The notes under the pieces: model-generated
Told to the model about the DNA's origin: nothing
The model's database searches: none
The model's input: only the letters and a program-made list of their open reading frames with translations
Position numbers and translations under genes: made by a program
From: an uncultured Acidobacteriaceae bacterium
GTDB taxonomy: Bacteria; Acidobacteriota; Terriglobia; Terriglobales; Acidobacteriaceae
DNA: 64,000 nucleotides
NCBI GenBank assembly: GCA_963796145.1
Contig: CAWCKO010000072.1
Coordinates: 381-64,380 of the forward strand
Direction: 5' to 3'
Shown: positions 35,771-45,978 of the stretch, one piece after another
How the letters are laid out: every line of letters starts with the position of its first letter
Position numbering within the stretch: the stretch's first letter is position 1

Positions 35771-38028
35771 ATGTCTGGCAAGATCCGCTTCGGAGTGTAT
35801 GAACTGGACCGCGACGCTATGGAATTGCGCAAACATGGCGTGCCCATCCGGCTGCAGGAGCAGCCCTTCCGGGTTTTGGCGATGCTTGTGGTGCGGCCGG
35901 GCGAGGTCATCACTCGTGAGGAACTGCAAGAGCAGATCTGGGGAAACACTTTCGTTGACTTCGATCAGTCCCTGAATAAAGCGGTGAATCGGGTGCGAGA
36001 GGCATTGAACGATAATGCCGGCACGCCCCAATATGTGGAAACGGTCCCGCGGCGGGGATACCGATTTATCGCGCCTGTGGTGGCGGCCCCTCAAACAGAA
36101 GCACCTGCCCCGGCTGCCCCCGCAAGTACAGTCTCGGTTGAAATCCCAGCACAGCCGAGATCCGATAAATTACCATCCCGGACCGCCCTCATCGCCGCGC
36201 TGACGGTCGCGGTTGTGCTCGCCGCCATTGGCATCGCGACCGTCGCGTGGTTGAGGAAGCCCACGAAGCCCATCTTGCAGGAAACCAGGCTTATCAAGTC
36301 GTATGGGTGGGATCCCACACTTTCGCGAGATGGAAAGCTGCTTGCCTATTCTTCGAGCGTTGGTAGTGGCCAACAGCACATCTGGGTGCAACAGACCGCG
36401 GGGGGCGAAGCCATTCAAGTGACCGCGGGTCCCTACGCAGAAAAAACGCCTCATCGTCGCCCGATGGCGCCAGCATCGTCTTCTATTCGAAAAGAAAAGG
36501 AGGCGGAATCTACATCGCCTCCACTCTACCCGGCGAACCTAGACTTGTCGTCAGCACCAGCGATGCCCAGGCGCCGCAGTTCTCACCTGGCGGCAACAGC
36601 ATCCTTTACTGGCAAGACCTGAAATTATTCACCGTATCTGTGAATGGCGGCCAGCCCACGGCCTTACCGCTGAATCAGGACTTCCGCGTATATGGCCTGC
36701 CTATCTGGGCTCCCAACGGAAAAGAAGTACTTGCTCTATGGGCTGCCGGGTAGCCGGCAAAACGAGTCGCCCGGTTGGTGGATTGTGCCGCTGGCTCCTG
36801 GCCGTGCCACGCCGGCCAACCTTCCGGGGGTGGCGCAAAACTACTTGCCTGGGGAATCCGCGCGCGCTGGGTTCGGACCGCGGAAGGCCACGAATGGATC
36901 ATCTACTCTACTGCTGACCTCGAAAACTGGAAGCTTTGGCGCATCGGAATCTCTCCGGGAGGTGTCATCGACGAGAACCCAGAACTGCTCTCTTCCGGCA
37001 ATGGCAGGCTCGCCCCGGGCGGCTCGGTGTCCCAGGACGGTAAGCTTGCCTATACAATCTGGAACTCCAGCACATCGATCTCTCAGATCTCGATCGGCGA
37101 CCGGGGCCAGAAACTGGGTCCGACCTTCCAGTTAGATCTCCCCGAAGGCGGGAGCTACACCTCTCCGTCGCTCTCTCGGGATGGAAAGTGGATGGCCTAC
37201 GACACTTCCAACCCGGGCAAGCCCAACACCATCCTGCTGAGAGATCTAAGCACTGGCACAGATCACATCCTGGACGAGAAGGGCCGGCGGGACCTCGGTC
37301 TGATGAGCAACGGAGAAACTTCCATTTCTCCTGACGGATCACGGGTGATCTTCGCACGCGACGGCAAAGCGGGTAGATGGCCTGACGCCACACAGTCCGC
37401 TTTGCCGGACGCATTCATGGCTGCGGCGGTGGATGGAGAGCCGGAGCAAGTCTGTGAGCGTTGCACGCCGCGTGGGTTTTCATCCGACGGTTCTGTGGTT
37501 CTGCTGGAGAAATACGACCAAACAGACGGAAACAAGGATCGGATTGTCGCCCTCGATCTACAGACAAAAACCGAGCAGGATTTCCTGAGTGACCAGGGTA
37601 AACCGCTTTACCATCCTTTCTTTTCCTGGGATGACCGCTGGGTGGTGTTTAAAAAATTGCAGTCAATGGCTGGGCCCGCTCAAATACTGATCGCGCCGGT
37701 GCGGCATGGCGCGGCCGCCGGCCAAGCGGAATGGATCGCGGTAACCGACGGACGGAACATCGACGATAAGCCTCAGTTCTCTCCCGATGGCAACACCGTG
37801 TATTTCACGTCCACCCGCGACGGATATCTTTGCATTTGGGCCCAGCGGCTCGATACGGCGACCAAACACCCACTGGGGCCACCTTTCGCCTTCGAGCACT
37901 TTCACAACTCGGAGGGTCGCGCCGCCGCCTATAATCAAATTACTTCAGATCTCACTGTCGCTCGGGACAAGATCCTGATCAATCTGCCGCATATACATCC
38001 TGATATCTGGATGACTCAGATACGATAG
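35771..38028 (+). pseudogene. CadC/OmpR-type winged-helix regulator - TM - TolB-like beta-propeller protein, with >=3 frame breaks
   Basis: N-terminus FGVYELDRDAMELRKHGVPIRLQEQPFRVLAMLV..VETVPRRGYRFI (trans_reg_C), a TM segment, then SRDGKLLAY / SPDGASIVF / SPGGNSILY / SQDGKLAY / SRDGKWMAY / SPDGSRVIF / SPDGNTVYF blades spread over three frames. Breaks at the A6 run 36441..36446, ~36748..36751 and ~36851..36868. Confidence 0.8.
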
Positions 38029-38045
38029 GCTTGCAGCGCCGACCC

Positions 38046-38684
38046 TCAGTGGCGAACGGCAACCACTGTGTTTGCACCGGGACCGGCAGGAAGCGAACTC
38101 CCGTAACGGCCAGCCAGTTCCCGGACCTGCTCAGGGCTGAAATGAAAGCCGTTTTGTGCCATGGCCTGGAAATCGTCGGCCCCCCAAGTCGCTTTCATCA
38201 GACCCCGGCTGGTGTGGGCCTGGTCGCCGAGAAGCAGGTGCCCGATTTCGTGGGCGGCGGCATAGGCGAGCACGGTAGTCCGAGGGAGGCTTGCGTCAGA
38301 AGCTTTCTCCTCTGCCGGCTTTAGGAAAACAGTGGCGTAGGTGCCGCCATCATGGCCGGCAACAGACATGCCCAACTTCTCCCAGCGTACATTCGTCATA
38401 TTCTTGGCGGTATCAGTGACTACCCTGATTACGATCTGCCTGGAGCTTCCGCTATGACTCTCGCAGGGCGCGGTACCTCTCGTACAGGCGTCCACCTCCA
38501 GCGAGACGCCGGAACTGGCTAGGATTTCTTGTGTCCGAGTGACCAATTCATGGAGGGCTGCCGGGGGCAACCCGGCGTAGTCATAAACCTGCACCTGGAG
38601 TGCAGACGTTTGAGCAGAGACGGTGTTTGAGTTGCCGGCCAGGGTCTGTAGAAGGAGCAGAAGTAAACAGCCTCGGTTTGACAT
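38046..38684 (-). CDS. secreted putative zinc metalloprotease (HExxH)
   Basis: Signal peptide. AYAAAHEIGHLLLGDQAHTSRGLM contains HEIGH plus a downstream His. Confidence 0.6.
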   Translation of the reverse strand: MSNRGCLLLLLLQTLAGNSNTVSAQTSALQVQVYDYAGLPPAALHELVTRTQEILASSGVSLEVDACTRGTAPCESHSGSSRQIVIRVVTDTAKNMTNVRWEKLGMSVAGHDGGTYATVFLKPAEEKASDASLPRTTVLAYAAAHEIGHLLLGDQAHTSRGLMKATWGADDFQAMAQNGFHFSPEQVRELAGRYGSSLPAGPGANTVVAVRH

Positions 38685-38886
38685 GGGCCGAGGTTGCCGG
38701 GAAGATCACCGAATCAAAATGGCCTCAGAAGGACTTAATCCTGACCTGAAGATCCAGCCTGGATGACGAGCTAACCATTTGTTCCAGCGTGGGATAAGGT
38801 CGATTCTTCCCGCGGTCGAATCGAAATCGGACCGGGGTAGTTTCGGGACAGGGTAGTTTCGGGAGACGAAATAATCACCAAAGGAA

Positions 38887-39312
38887 ATGCCGCGCACCTT
38901 CGAGGTGTTCGACGGATTTCGCAGGGCACTGGCTGCGAACCGCGCACGGTTCTTTCTCGATGTCCCTACGGGTCCGTTTTACGGCTTCAACAGATCTGGC
39001 GCGAAGACCTCGCAGGGAGTTATCCAGAACTGGTGGCGTCAGGGGATGATGGGCAGCGCGCTCGCTCACTACAAAGGTATCAAGGCTTTCTCGGAGACAG
39101 ACCAGACGGACGATCTGAAAGCAATCACAGTGCCGACCCTCGTGGTGCAAGGCGACGATGATCAGATTGTCCCCTACAAAGACGCTGCGCTGCTGCAGGC
39201 GAAGCTGCTCAGGCATGGCACGCTAAAGATCTACCCCGGCTTCCCTCACGGCATGATGACCACGAATGCCGACGTGATCAATGCGGACCTCCTGACATTC
39301 ATCCGAAGCTAA
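38887..39312 (+). pseudogene. C-terminal half of an alpha/beta hydrolase (non-haem chloroperoxidase/arylesterase-like)
   Basis: FDGFRRALAANRARFFLDVPTGPFYGFNRSGAKTSQGVIQNWWRQGMMG..ITVPTLVVQGDDDQIVP..YPGFPHGMMTT. The nucleophile-containing N-terminal half is missing, and an in-frame TAA lies just upstream. Confidence 0.75.
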
Positions 39313-39318
39313 ACTCCT

Positions 39319-39343
39319 GCGGGGCCGCTTAATGCGGCCCCGC
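39319..39343 (+). terminator. perfect 10-bp GC-rich stem-loop after the hydrolase fragment (no U-tract)
   Basis: GCGGGGCCGC-TTAAT-GCGGCCCCGC, 7 nt after the stop codon. Confidence 0.4.
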
Positions 39344-39886
39344 TCCTGCCGCCAGGCGCAAAGCTGATAGGGAAGTAGCGGCCAGCTGGCCTCGACCTGC
39401 GTCCTGGAGGACGTGCCTAAGCAACTCTTTCGCTATTCGTATTCTCTATTCTGCCCATTGAGCGCGCTTCCCTGCGCAGCCATCCACCTGGACGATCGTC
39501 GCCAGCTCGGACAAGCGGTTCCCGTTCCCCAAATGGGCCTTCGCGGTGATTGTGATTTTCTGACGCTCGTCTCCAAAGCAGGGCCATGGAAATGACAGAG
39601 TATGGAAAGCATGGAAAGCCATAATGCCGGCTTCCCACCCTCCCCACACTCTTTGGAAATCCCTTCGGGATTACCACATTCCCACGGCCTCGGCGACGGG
39701 GGCTAGGTATTTAGAAGCAATAACAAGTACCAGTCCAATCCTCTCTGATTCTGAGCCCTAACCATCGCAAGGGGCTGTAACAGATCTCCCCGGTCCGAAA
39801 TGTAACGCATGTCCCGGTACACTCAAGCGCTTCAGCGCTCCGGGAAAGAGTCTCGACTTTGATCATGCGCTTTAGCGGCGGCACAG

Positions 39887-42560
39887 CTATTCATATCGCA
39901 AAGCCACCACAGGATCGACCCGCATTGCCTTCCGCGCCGGGAGCCAGCATGCCGCAAGCGCGACGGCCCCCAAAATCAGCGCCAAACCAGAGAACGTAAC
40001 AGGATCGGTTGCACTCACGCCGTAGAGCAGCTTCGTCATCATGCGCGTCAGCGTGAGAGCGCCCGCGATGCCGACGCAGACACCCGCAAGAGCCAGACGT
40101 GCCGCCTGCCACAGGATTAGGTACAACACGTTCTTGCGTTGTGCTCCAAGCGCCATGCGGATACCAATTTCCCGCGTACGCTGTCCCACCAGGTACGCAA
40201 TTACACCGTAGATGCCCACGCTGGCCAGAACCAGCGCCAGGGTTGCAAACACGCCCAGCACAATCATCGCAAACCGCCGCGCAGCCAGTGAGTCAGAGAT
40301 CAGGCTCTCCATGGTTTGAACGGCATAGATTATTTGCTGGCTGCTCATCTGCCGGTTGGTGTTGCGAAGGGAATCGAAAACCGCGGACAGGCTCCCTTCA
40401 TAACGCAGCATCACCGCCGAACCTGACGGTGTCATCGCAATAAAGTCGTCCGGCATCTGCATGCAGGAAGATAGAACTGAGCTCGCAAGGAATGTGTGTC
40501 GTCCAAATCGAGGCCCCACTGCTTGACGTGCCCGACAACCCCAATGATCTCCCGTTTGGCGCCCGTATTGTTCAGAATGATGCGTTTGCCGATAGGATCC
40601 TGGTTGGGGAAATACTTCGGGCGAGTACGTCATCGATCACAACCACAAGCGGAGAGCGCTCATCGTCCTGTGTAGTGATGAAACGGCCGCGTTGCAGCGC
40701 GATGCCCATCACATTCAGATAACCCGGTTGGACGATATAGTCCACCGCCCAGTTCATGTCGTTTTCGCTTGCCGGTTTTGGTTGGCCATCAAGCCAGAAC
40801 AGCTGTTCATCGTCGGAGCCCATGGGAATCGCACCCCACGTCTGCGAAACCGCCTGCACGCCCGGGGTAGACGCCAGCTCGTCATCAATTTCGCGAAGGG
40901 TGGCGCGAATCCTCTCCGGCGAAGCGTTCATCATCGCGGGTGGAAGCTTCAAGCCAAAGCTCAGCGCGTTTCGCGGATTAAATCCTGGATCGACGCTCCA
41001 AAGCCGCGTCAAGCTGCGCACCATCAGTCCGGCGCCGATCAGCAGCACCAGGGCAACCGCCATTTCCACCACCACAAAGATGCTCTGTGCCCGATGTTTC
41101 CGGCTCCCGCCGCGGCCACCTTCCTTGAGCGCTGTAAGTGGATTGGCTTGCGACGTCTTGAGTGCTGGAGCCAGACCGAAGAGGGTCCCTGCCAGTAACG
41201 AAGTGATCGTGGTGAAAGCGAGGACTCGGAAATCGATGCCGATTTCTTCTGCGCGCGGCACGGCAGTGGGCAAGCGTCCTAACGCTGCATGCGTGCCCCA
41301 GGCTGCGAGCAACAATCCGATTCCGCCTCCGGCGACTCCCAGCAGAATGCTTTCTGTGAGCAGTTGGCGGATTACCCGCTTCCGGCTTGCGCCCAGCGCA
41401 ATGCGCACCGCAAATTCACGGCCCCGGGCAGACGATCTTGCCATCAGGAGACTGGCAACATTCACGCAGGCAATCAGGAGTACAAAGCCAACTGCGACCA
41501 GGAGTACCAGGAGAAATGGCCGCACGTCGCCTACCATCTGCTCTTTCAACGGAAGCATGCTTGCGCTGATACCGTGGTCCGCGTCGGGAAAGGTTGTCGC
41601 CAGGCTTCGCGTGATTTCGTCCATATCTGCCCGGGCCTGCGCAAGAGTGACGCCCGGTTTGAGTCGTCCGATCCCGTGGATCCCCAAACCTGCGCCGCGT
41701 TTCATGAGCAAGGGGTGGTTCCACTGCCCGATAGGAGCATAAACATCCTGCTCATGAAAGCTCGGCATGTGCAAGTGGAACCTCGCAGGCATTACGCCGA
41801 TGATGGTGTAGCCCCGCCCGTCGAGCGTAATACTTTTGCCCAGAACATCCGCAGCGCCATCGAATTTTCTTCGCCACAAACCCTCGCTGATCATAGCCAC
41901 CGGGCCTGCGCCCGGCTGCTCTTCGGCCTGTGTAAATGTGCGTCCAAGGATCGGATTGACTCCCAGCAGCGGGAAAAAATCTGCAGACAAAAACTGGGCA
42001 TTTAGCTGCTCGGCCTCGCCCCTGCCGGTGAAGCTGAAGGAGTAGCGGCGAGAAATCGCCATCGAGGAAAATGTGCGGTTGTCCTTCTGCCAATCGAGAA
42101 AATTCGGATAAGAGATCGAGCCTTGTTCGAAATTCGGTTTGCTCTCGTGCAGCGTGACCAGCCGGTCAGGTTGGGGGAAGGGCAGCGGGTTCAGCAGGAC
42201 GCCGTTCACTATCGAGAAGATCGCCGTGTTGCCACCAATTCCCAGCGCCAGCGTCACCATCGCGACAGCCGTAAATCCCAGGTTCTTGCGCAACATCCGC
42301 ATCCCGAAGCGGATGTCGCTCCACAGCGTTTCCAGCATGGGCAGACTGCGGCGCTGCTGGTAGTTCTCTTTTAACTGCTGCGTGCCGCCCAATTTGATCA
42401 GCGCCTGCCGCCGGGCTTCTTCGACACTCATGCCCGAGCGAAGGTTGTCTTCGACGTGCGCCAGAAGATGGCTTTCTATCTCCTCTACGAATTCGCGGCT
42501 CTGTTGCTCTTTACGGAACAGGCCGGCACATCGCAACAACCATGCGCGCAGGCGTCTCAT
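39887..42560 (-). pseudogene. ADOP-family MacB/FtsX-like permease with two frame breaks
   Basis: The N-part (40572..42560) and C-part (39887..~40465) are typical. The middle segment KYFPNQDPIGKRIILNNTGAKREIIGVVGHVKQWGLDLDDTH lies in the third frame. Breaks at CGAAG (plus 40615..40619) and ~40465..40470. Confidence 0.85.
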
Positions 42561-42722
42561 GAGAGCTCCTCACCGGGGACAATAAACGCGTCAGGTGTTC
42601 CACCCATCGCATCCCCTATTGGTTAACAATAGGAACATATAGGAAGGCTGTATTGGATGGCAATAGGAGATCCCACACTCTCTTCATTCCTCGGGTTTCC
42701 TGGGCTCACTCACTCGTCTTAC

Positions 42723-44099
42723 TCATTGGTTTGGGTACGGTTCGTTGGTTGCGATGGGGCGGTTCACCGGGTCCCCCAACTGTTTAGGCGCCAACCTCGA
42801 CGACCCAAATGCAATGTCACCGGGCACGCGTAGCTCCACTTCCGTTCCCGCTCCATGGCGGCTGGAGACTTTGAGTGTCGCACCGATCCGTCGAGCTCGC
42901 TCACGCATACCCGGCAGCCCCCAATGACCATCCCGGCCGGCTTCCAGTACCTGCTTGTCGATCCCACAGCCGTCGTCACCCACCAGAACCCGCAATTGGC
43001 TGGCAGAATACTGGAGCTCAACCTTAATACGGGTCGCACCGGAGTGGCGAAATGAATTGACCAGGGCTTCTCGTCCAATGGAATAGACTTCATCGCGGAT
43101 CACGGGATGCAACGATTGTGGACGGCCCTCCACAATGATGCGGAAATCAATTTGGTCTTCAAAGCCCAGTTCCCGGGGAACTCTGGAAAAGGACCGTTCA
43201 AGGTCCTGGATCTCACCCTCCGTCGAACGAAAACCTCGAACCGTGTTACGCCCCTCTTCGATCACCTGTTCCGTGACTTCCAGCGCTCGAGCCAACTGAG
43301 GTTTTGCCGGGGATCCCTCCGGCAGTTTACCCATGGCTAGATGGACGTGCATCGACGCACTGATAAATCCCTGCAGAAGTGTGTCATGCAGTTCACGAGC
43401 GATGCGCGTGCGCTCAATAATGCGCTCTTCCAGACGGAGCTCGATAATCCGCCGCGATATGGCCCACCCCAGAAAGGCGGCCATGAAAAACGTGGAGATC
43501 GCTGTGGCCGGCACAATAAACAGAATCCTGAGCTGCACAGCTCTCATGTTCGCGACAGCGTGTTTCAGTTCTCCGCTCACTTCCTGATCGATATTTGCCA
43601 CCAGGGCCGCGGTCTGCGTCTCCAGCGGCTCGAATTCGTGATCCAGACGGAGGCGGACAGCCCCCCAGTCGCCCGATGCAGCCAACGCTTTGACCGCTTC
43701 CAACTGGGATGGCAGGGTGATTTCTATGGCATCCAGAGTGGATGAAAACGCCGAATCCAACCGGGCAGGGGAGGGTAAATGACTGAGCGCGTTTCTCGTG
43801 TTTTGGGTCTGCTCCAGCAGGGCGCGGCGTAATGGTCCGGCGTCGGCTAACAACCGGCCCGAATCCCTGGTTTTTGCCAGTTCATCCAGTCGCTCGTGCG
43901 CCGATACAAGACTTTCCTGCAGCCGCAGTACTGAAATCACCTGCTGATTCGCAGCCGTAAGACGATCCGTTTGCAGGCGAGCTATGTGGAATTGCCATAG
44001 AAGAAGTCCGTTCCCTCCTAAAATAAGGGCGAGCAGGAAGGCAAAGGTGATCGTCAGGCGCGGACCGATGTTGAAATAGCTGACCTCTGGCGTTTTCAT
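42723..44099 (-). CDS. sensor histidine kinase (HisKA_3/NarX-LiaS type), no cognate response regulator adjacent
   Basis: N-terminal TM, a long helical sensor region, a second TM, then RIARELHDTLLQGF (H-box) and an HATPase_c domain (VGDDGCGI..GLPGMRERARRIGATLKVSS..GAGTEV). Confidence 0.85.
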   Translation of the reverse strand: MKTPEVSYFNIGPRLTITFAFLLALILGGNGLLLWQFHIARLQTDRLTAANQQVISVLRLQESLVSAHERLDELAKTRDSGRLLADAGPLRRALLEQTQNTRNALSHLPSPARLDSAFSSTLDAIEITLPSQLEAVKALAASGDWGAVRLRLDHEFEPLETQTAALVANIDQEVSGELKHAVANMRAVQLRILFIVPATAISTFFMAAFLGWAISRRIIELRLEERIIERTRIARELHDTLLQGFISASMHVHLAMGKLPEGSPAKPQLARALEVTEQVIEEGRNTVRGFRSTEGEIQDLERSFSRVPRELGFEDQIDFRIIVEGRPQSLHPVIRDEVYSIGREALVNSFRHSGATRIKVELQYSASQLRVLVGDDGCGIDKQVLEAGRDGHWGLPGMRERARRIGATLKVSSRHGAGTEVELRVPGDIAFGSSRLAPKQLGDPVNRPIATNEPYPNQ

Positions 44100-44148
44100 C
44101 GTGGGTCGCTTAGCAGCTTACCCCGAACCTCGTTCAAGCTAAGCACAA

Positions 44149-45486
44149 TCAGTCTAACGTTTTAGGCGGTCCGGCACCGAAACCCGTTATCTTGATAAGT
44201 TGACGCTCCAGTTCGGCTGCAGCCTCGGGCGCGCCGCTCTGCCCGGTCAGCACCGAATGCACCGCCGCGATGTAAGCTTTGGCAACCTGCTCATAGGCTC
44301 GTCCGGAAACGCCGGAGGGCCGGCGGACGACGCCGCTCCGATTGGATGAACCGGCGTGGGCAGACTGGTTGTCGATAGGCTGGTCGTCGATAGCATGGTC
44401 TTGGAGGGACGGCATATCCAACGCTTCCTCCGCAGATTGTTTTGCGGCCTCTTGCCCGCTGGATTGAATTTGAGCCCGCACCAGGAACCGAACCAGCTCG
44501 ATGGCTTCCTGAGGATGAAGCGAGTGGCTGGAAACGGCCAGCCCCGACCCTCCCAGGGTCCCTGCCCACCCCACGGGTCCACCGGGAAGACTCGCATAGC
44601 CGGTCTGACTATCCAGAGGCGAGCTCCGCGCATGGGTCAGGCGGGTTCTTCCGCTTACCGGAATGGTTGCGCCTCCCCAGACCCGGCCAAACGCCGCATT
44701 TCCCGAGTCGAAAGCATTCATCGAATCCTGTTCCTGGTAAGCTACGACGCTGGGCGGGGATATCCAGCCAATCCAGTGTTTCGCTCGCTCCCACGCTCGA
44801 ATGGCCGCCGGATTATTCACACTGATCGTGCGATCCTTCTCGATGATGTGCCCCCCTCCCGCGGCCACCTGCCATTCCAGGGCGTTGCAGGTCAGAGATT
44901 CGGCATCTGCTCCCTGCCACACATAACCCCAAAAATCCTTCTTACCTTTGGCCCGCTCGCCGGCCTGGATCCGCTGGGCCATACGCTCAAGCTCGTCCCA
45001 CGTCTTGGGAGGATGGTCGTAGCCGTACTGGTGCAGAAGGTCTATCCGATACTCCAGGACACCAACCTGCATTTGATACGGAATGGCCAAGATCTTATGG
45101 TCGACTGTGTAGCTTGGCAACAGTTCAGGTTCCACTGACGCAATTTCCGTCCCCAGGTAGGGGCGCAAATCGATCAGGTAGTCTTCAAGAAGTGGGGGCC
45201 AGATCAGGTCAATGCCGAGAACATCGGGACCGGAACCGCCCCGCTCGAGTAGCTCACGGGAGAGAGCCATTTGGTCCAGGGTATTCTCAGGAACCGGAAG
45301 ACTTTTGAGCTGGATACCTGTCTTCCGCGTAAACTGCTGCGACAAGGGCTCAGCTGCCGGCAGCTCGTCTGGTTGAGACCACCCGAGCCGGAAGTAACTC
45401 AATGTTACTGGCTCGCGTGTAGTCTGCCGGCAGGCACACATGGTGAGCACGAGCATGGCCGCAGCCAGGGCTCTCCTTACGGTCAC
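44149..45486 (-). CDS. extracellular solute-binding protein (ABC-type SBP family 1); start GTG 45486 or ATG 45456
   Basis: Hydrophobic leader ..ALAAAMLVLTMCACRQ, GGSGPDVLGIDLIWPP, FWGYVWQGA are typical sugar-type SBP features. No ABC permease or ATPase is adjacent. Confidence 0.7.
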   Translation of the reverse strand: MTVRRALAAAMLVLTMCACRQTTREPVTLSYFRLGWSQPDELPAAEPLSQQFTRKTGIQLKSLPVPENTLDQMALSRELLERGGSGPDVLGIDLIWPPLLEDYLIDLRPYLGTEIASVEPELLPSYTVDHKILAIPYQMQVGVLEYRIDLLHQYGYDHPPKTWDELERMAQRIQAGERAKGKKDFWGYVWQGADAESLTCNALEWQVAAGGGHIIEKDRTISVNNPAAIRAWERAKHWIGWISPPSVVAYQEQDSMNAFDSGNAAFGRVWGGATIPVSGRTRLTHARSSPLDSQTGYASLPGGPVGWAGTLGGSGLAVSSHSLHPQEAIELVRFLVRAQIQSSGQEAAKQSAEEALDMPSLQDHAIDDQPIDNQSAHAGSSNRSGVVRRPSGVSGRAYEQVAKAYIAAVHSVLTGQSGAPEAAAELERQLIKITGFGAGPPKTLD

Positions 45487-45935
45487 TGCGAGTCCGCCAC
45501 GCCGATTTGGTTGAGATGATGGCGCAGATGTGTGAGATAGTCCGATGCTAAGAAGCCAAGAGTCACTGCTTCTCCGGCTCCGATGCGACATTGAGTATCC
45601 AGTTGGGAAGCAGGGATATACGCGATGAGATGGGCCAGGTATCGGTTATAGGCTGCCCACAAAGAGATGAGCAGCGACCACTCAGCTTCTTGCACCGCCT
45701 GTACACGTACATTGCCTTCCTGATCGTACCCTGGGAAATCCAGCGATGGCTGCAGCATCGCGCGTACGAATCGCTGATGGTTGTTGGACGCCGAATCGAT
45801 CAGATGGCCCAGCAGTTGCTTGCGGGACCAGCCCCCTGGCAATGCGGTCTGCATACTTTCGCGCTCAGAGACTTCGAGGAGCCTCGGCTCCGCTGTCTCG
45901 ACCAGGTTTCGCAGCTGTTCACTTAGCTCTTTCAT
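45483..45935 (-). CDS. DinB family protein
   Basis: 150 aa. WSRKQLLGHLIDSASNNHQRF .. YLTHLRHHLNQI is the DinB-like His-triad pattern. Confidence 0.75.
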   Translation of the reverse strand: MKELSEQLRNLVETAEPRLLEVSERESMQTALPGGWSRKQLLGHLIDSASNNHQRFVRAMLQPSLDFPGYDQEGNVRVQAVQEAEWSLLISLWAAYNRYLAHLIAYIPASQLDTQCRIGAGEAVTLGFLASDYLTHLRHHLNQIGVADSQ

Positions 45936-45978
45936 TCGCTCGGCGCAAGTCTATCAAAATGCGTAACATCACAATATC

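Noticed and set aside
39446-39649. Minus-strand frame ..KITITAKAHLGNGNRLSELATIVQVDGCAGKRAQ (possible hotdog-fold thioesterase remnant)
   Set aside because: It is only ~35 residues of vaguely protein-like sequence, embedded in repeat-rich DNA with no start context. That is too weak to call.
40692-42005. Plus-strand ORFs of 168, 328 and 238 aa
   Set aside because: Antisense to the ADOP permease. They are Arg/Ser/Pro/Ala-rich with no domain signatures.
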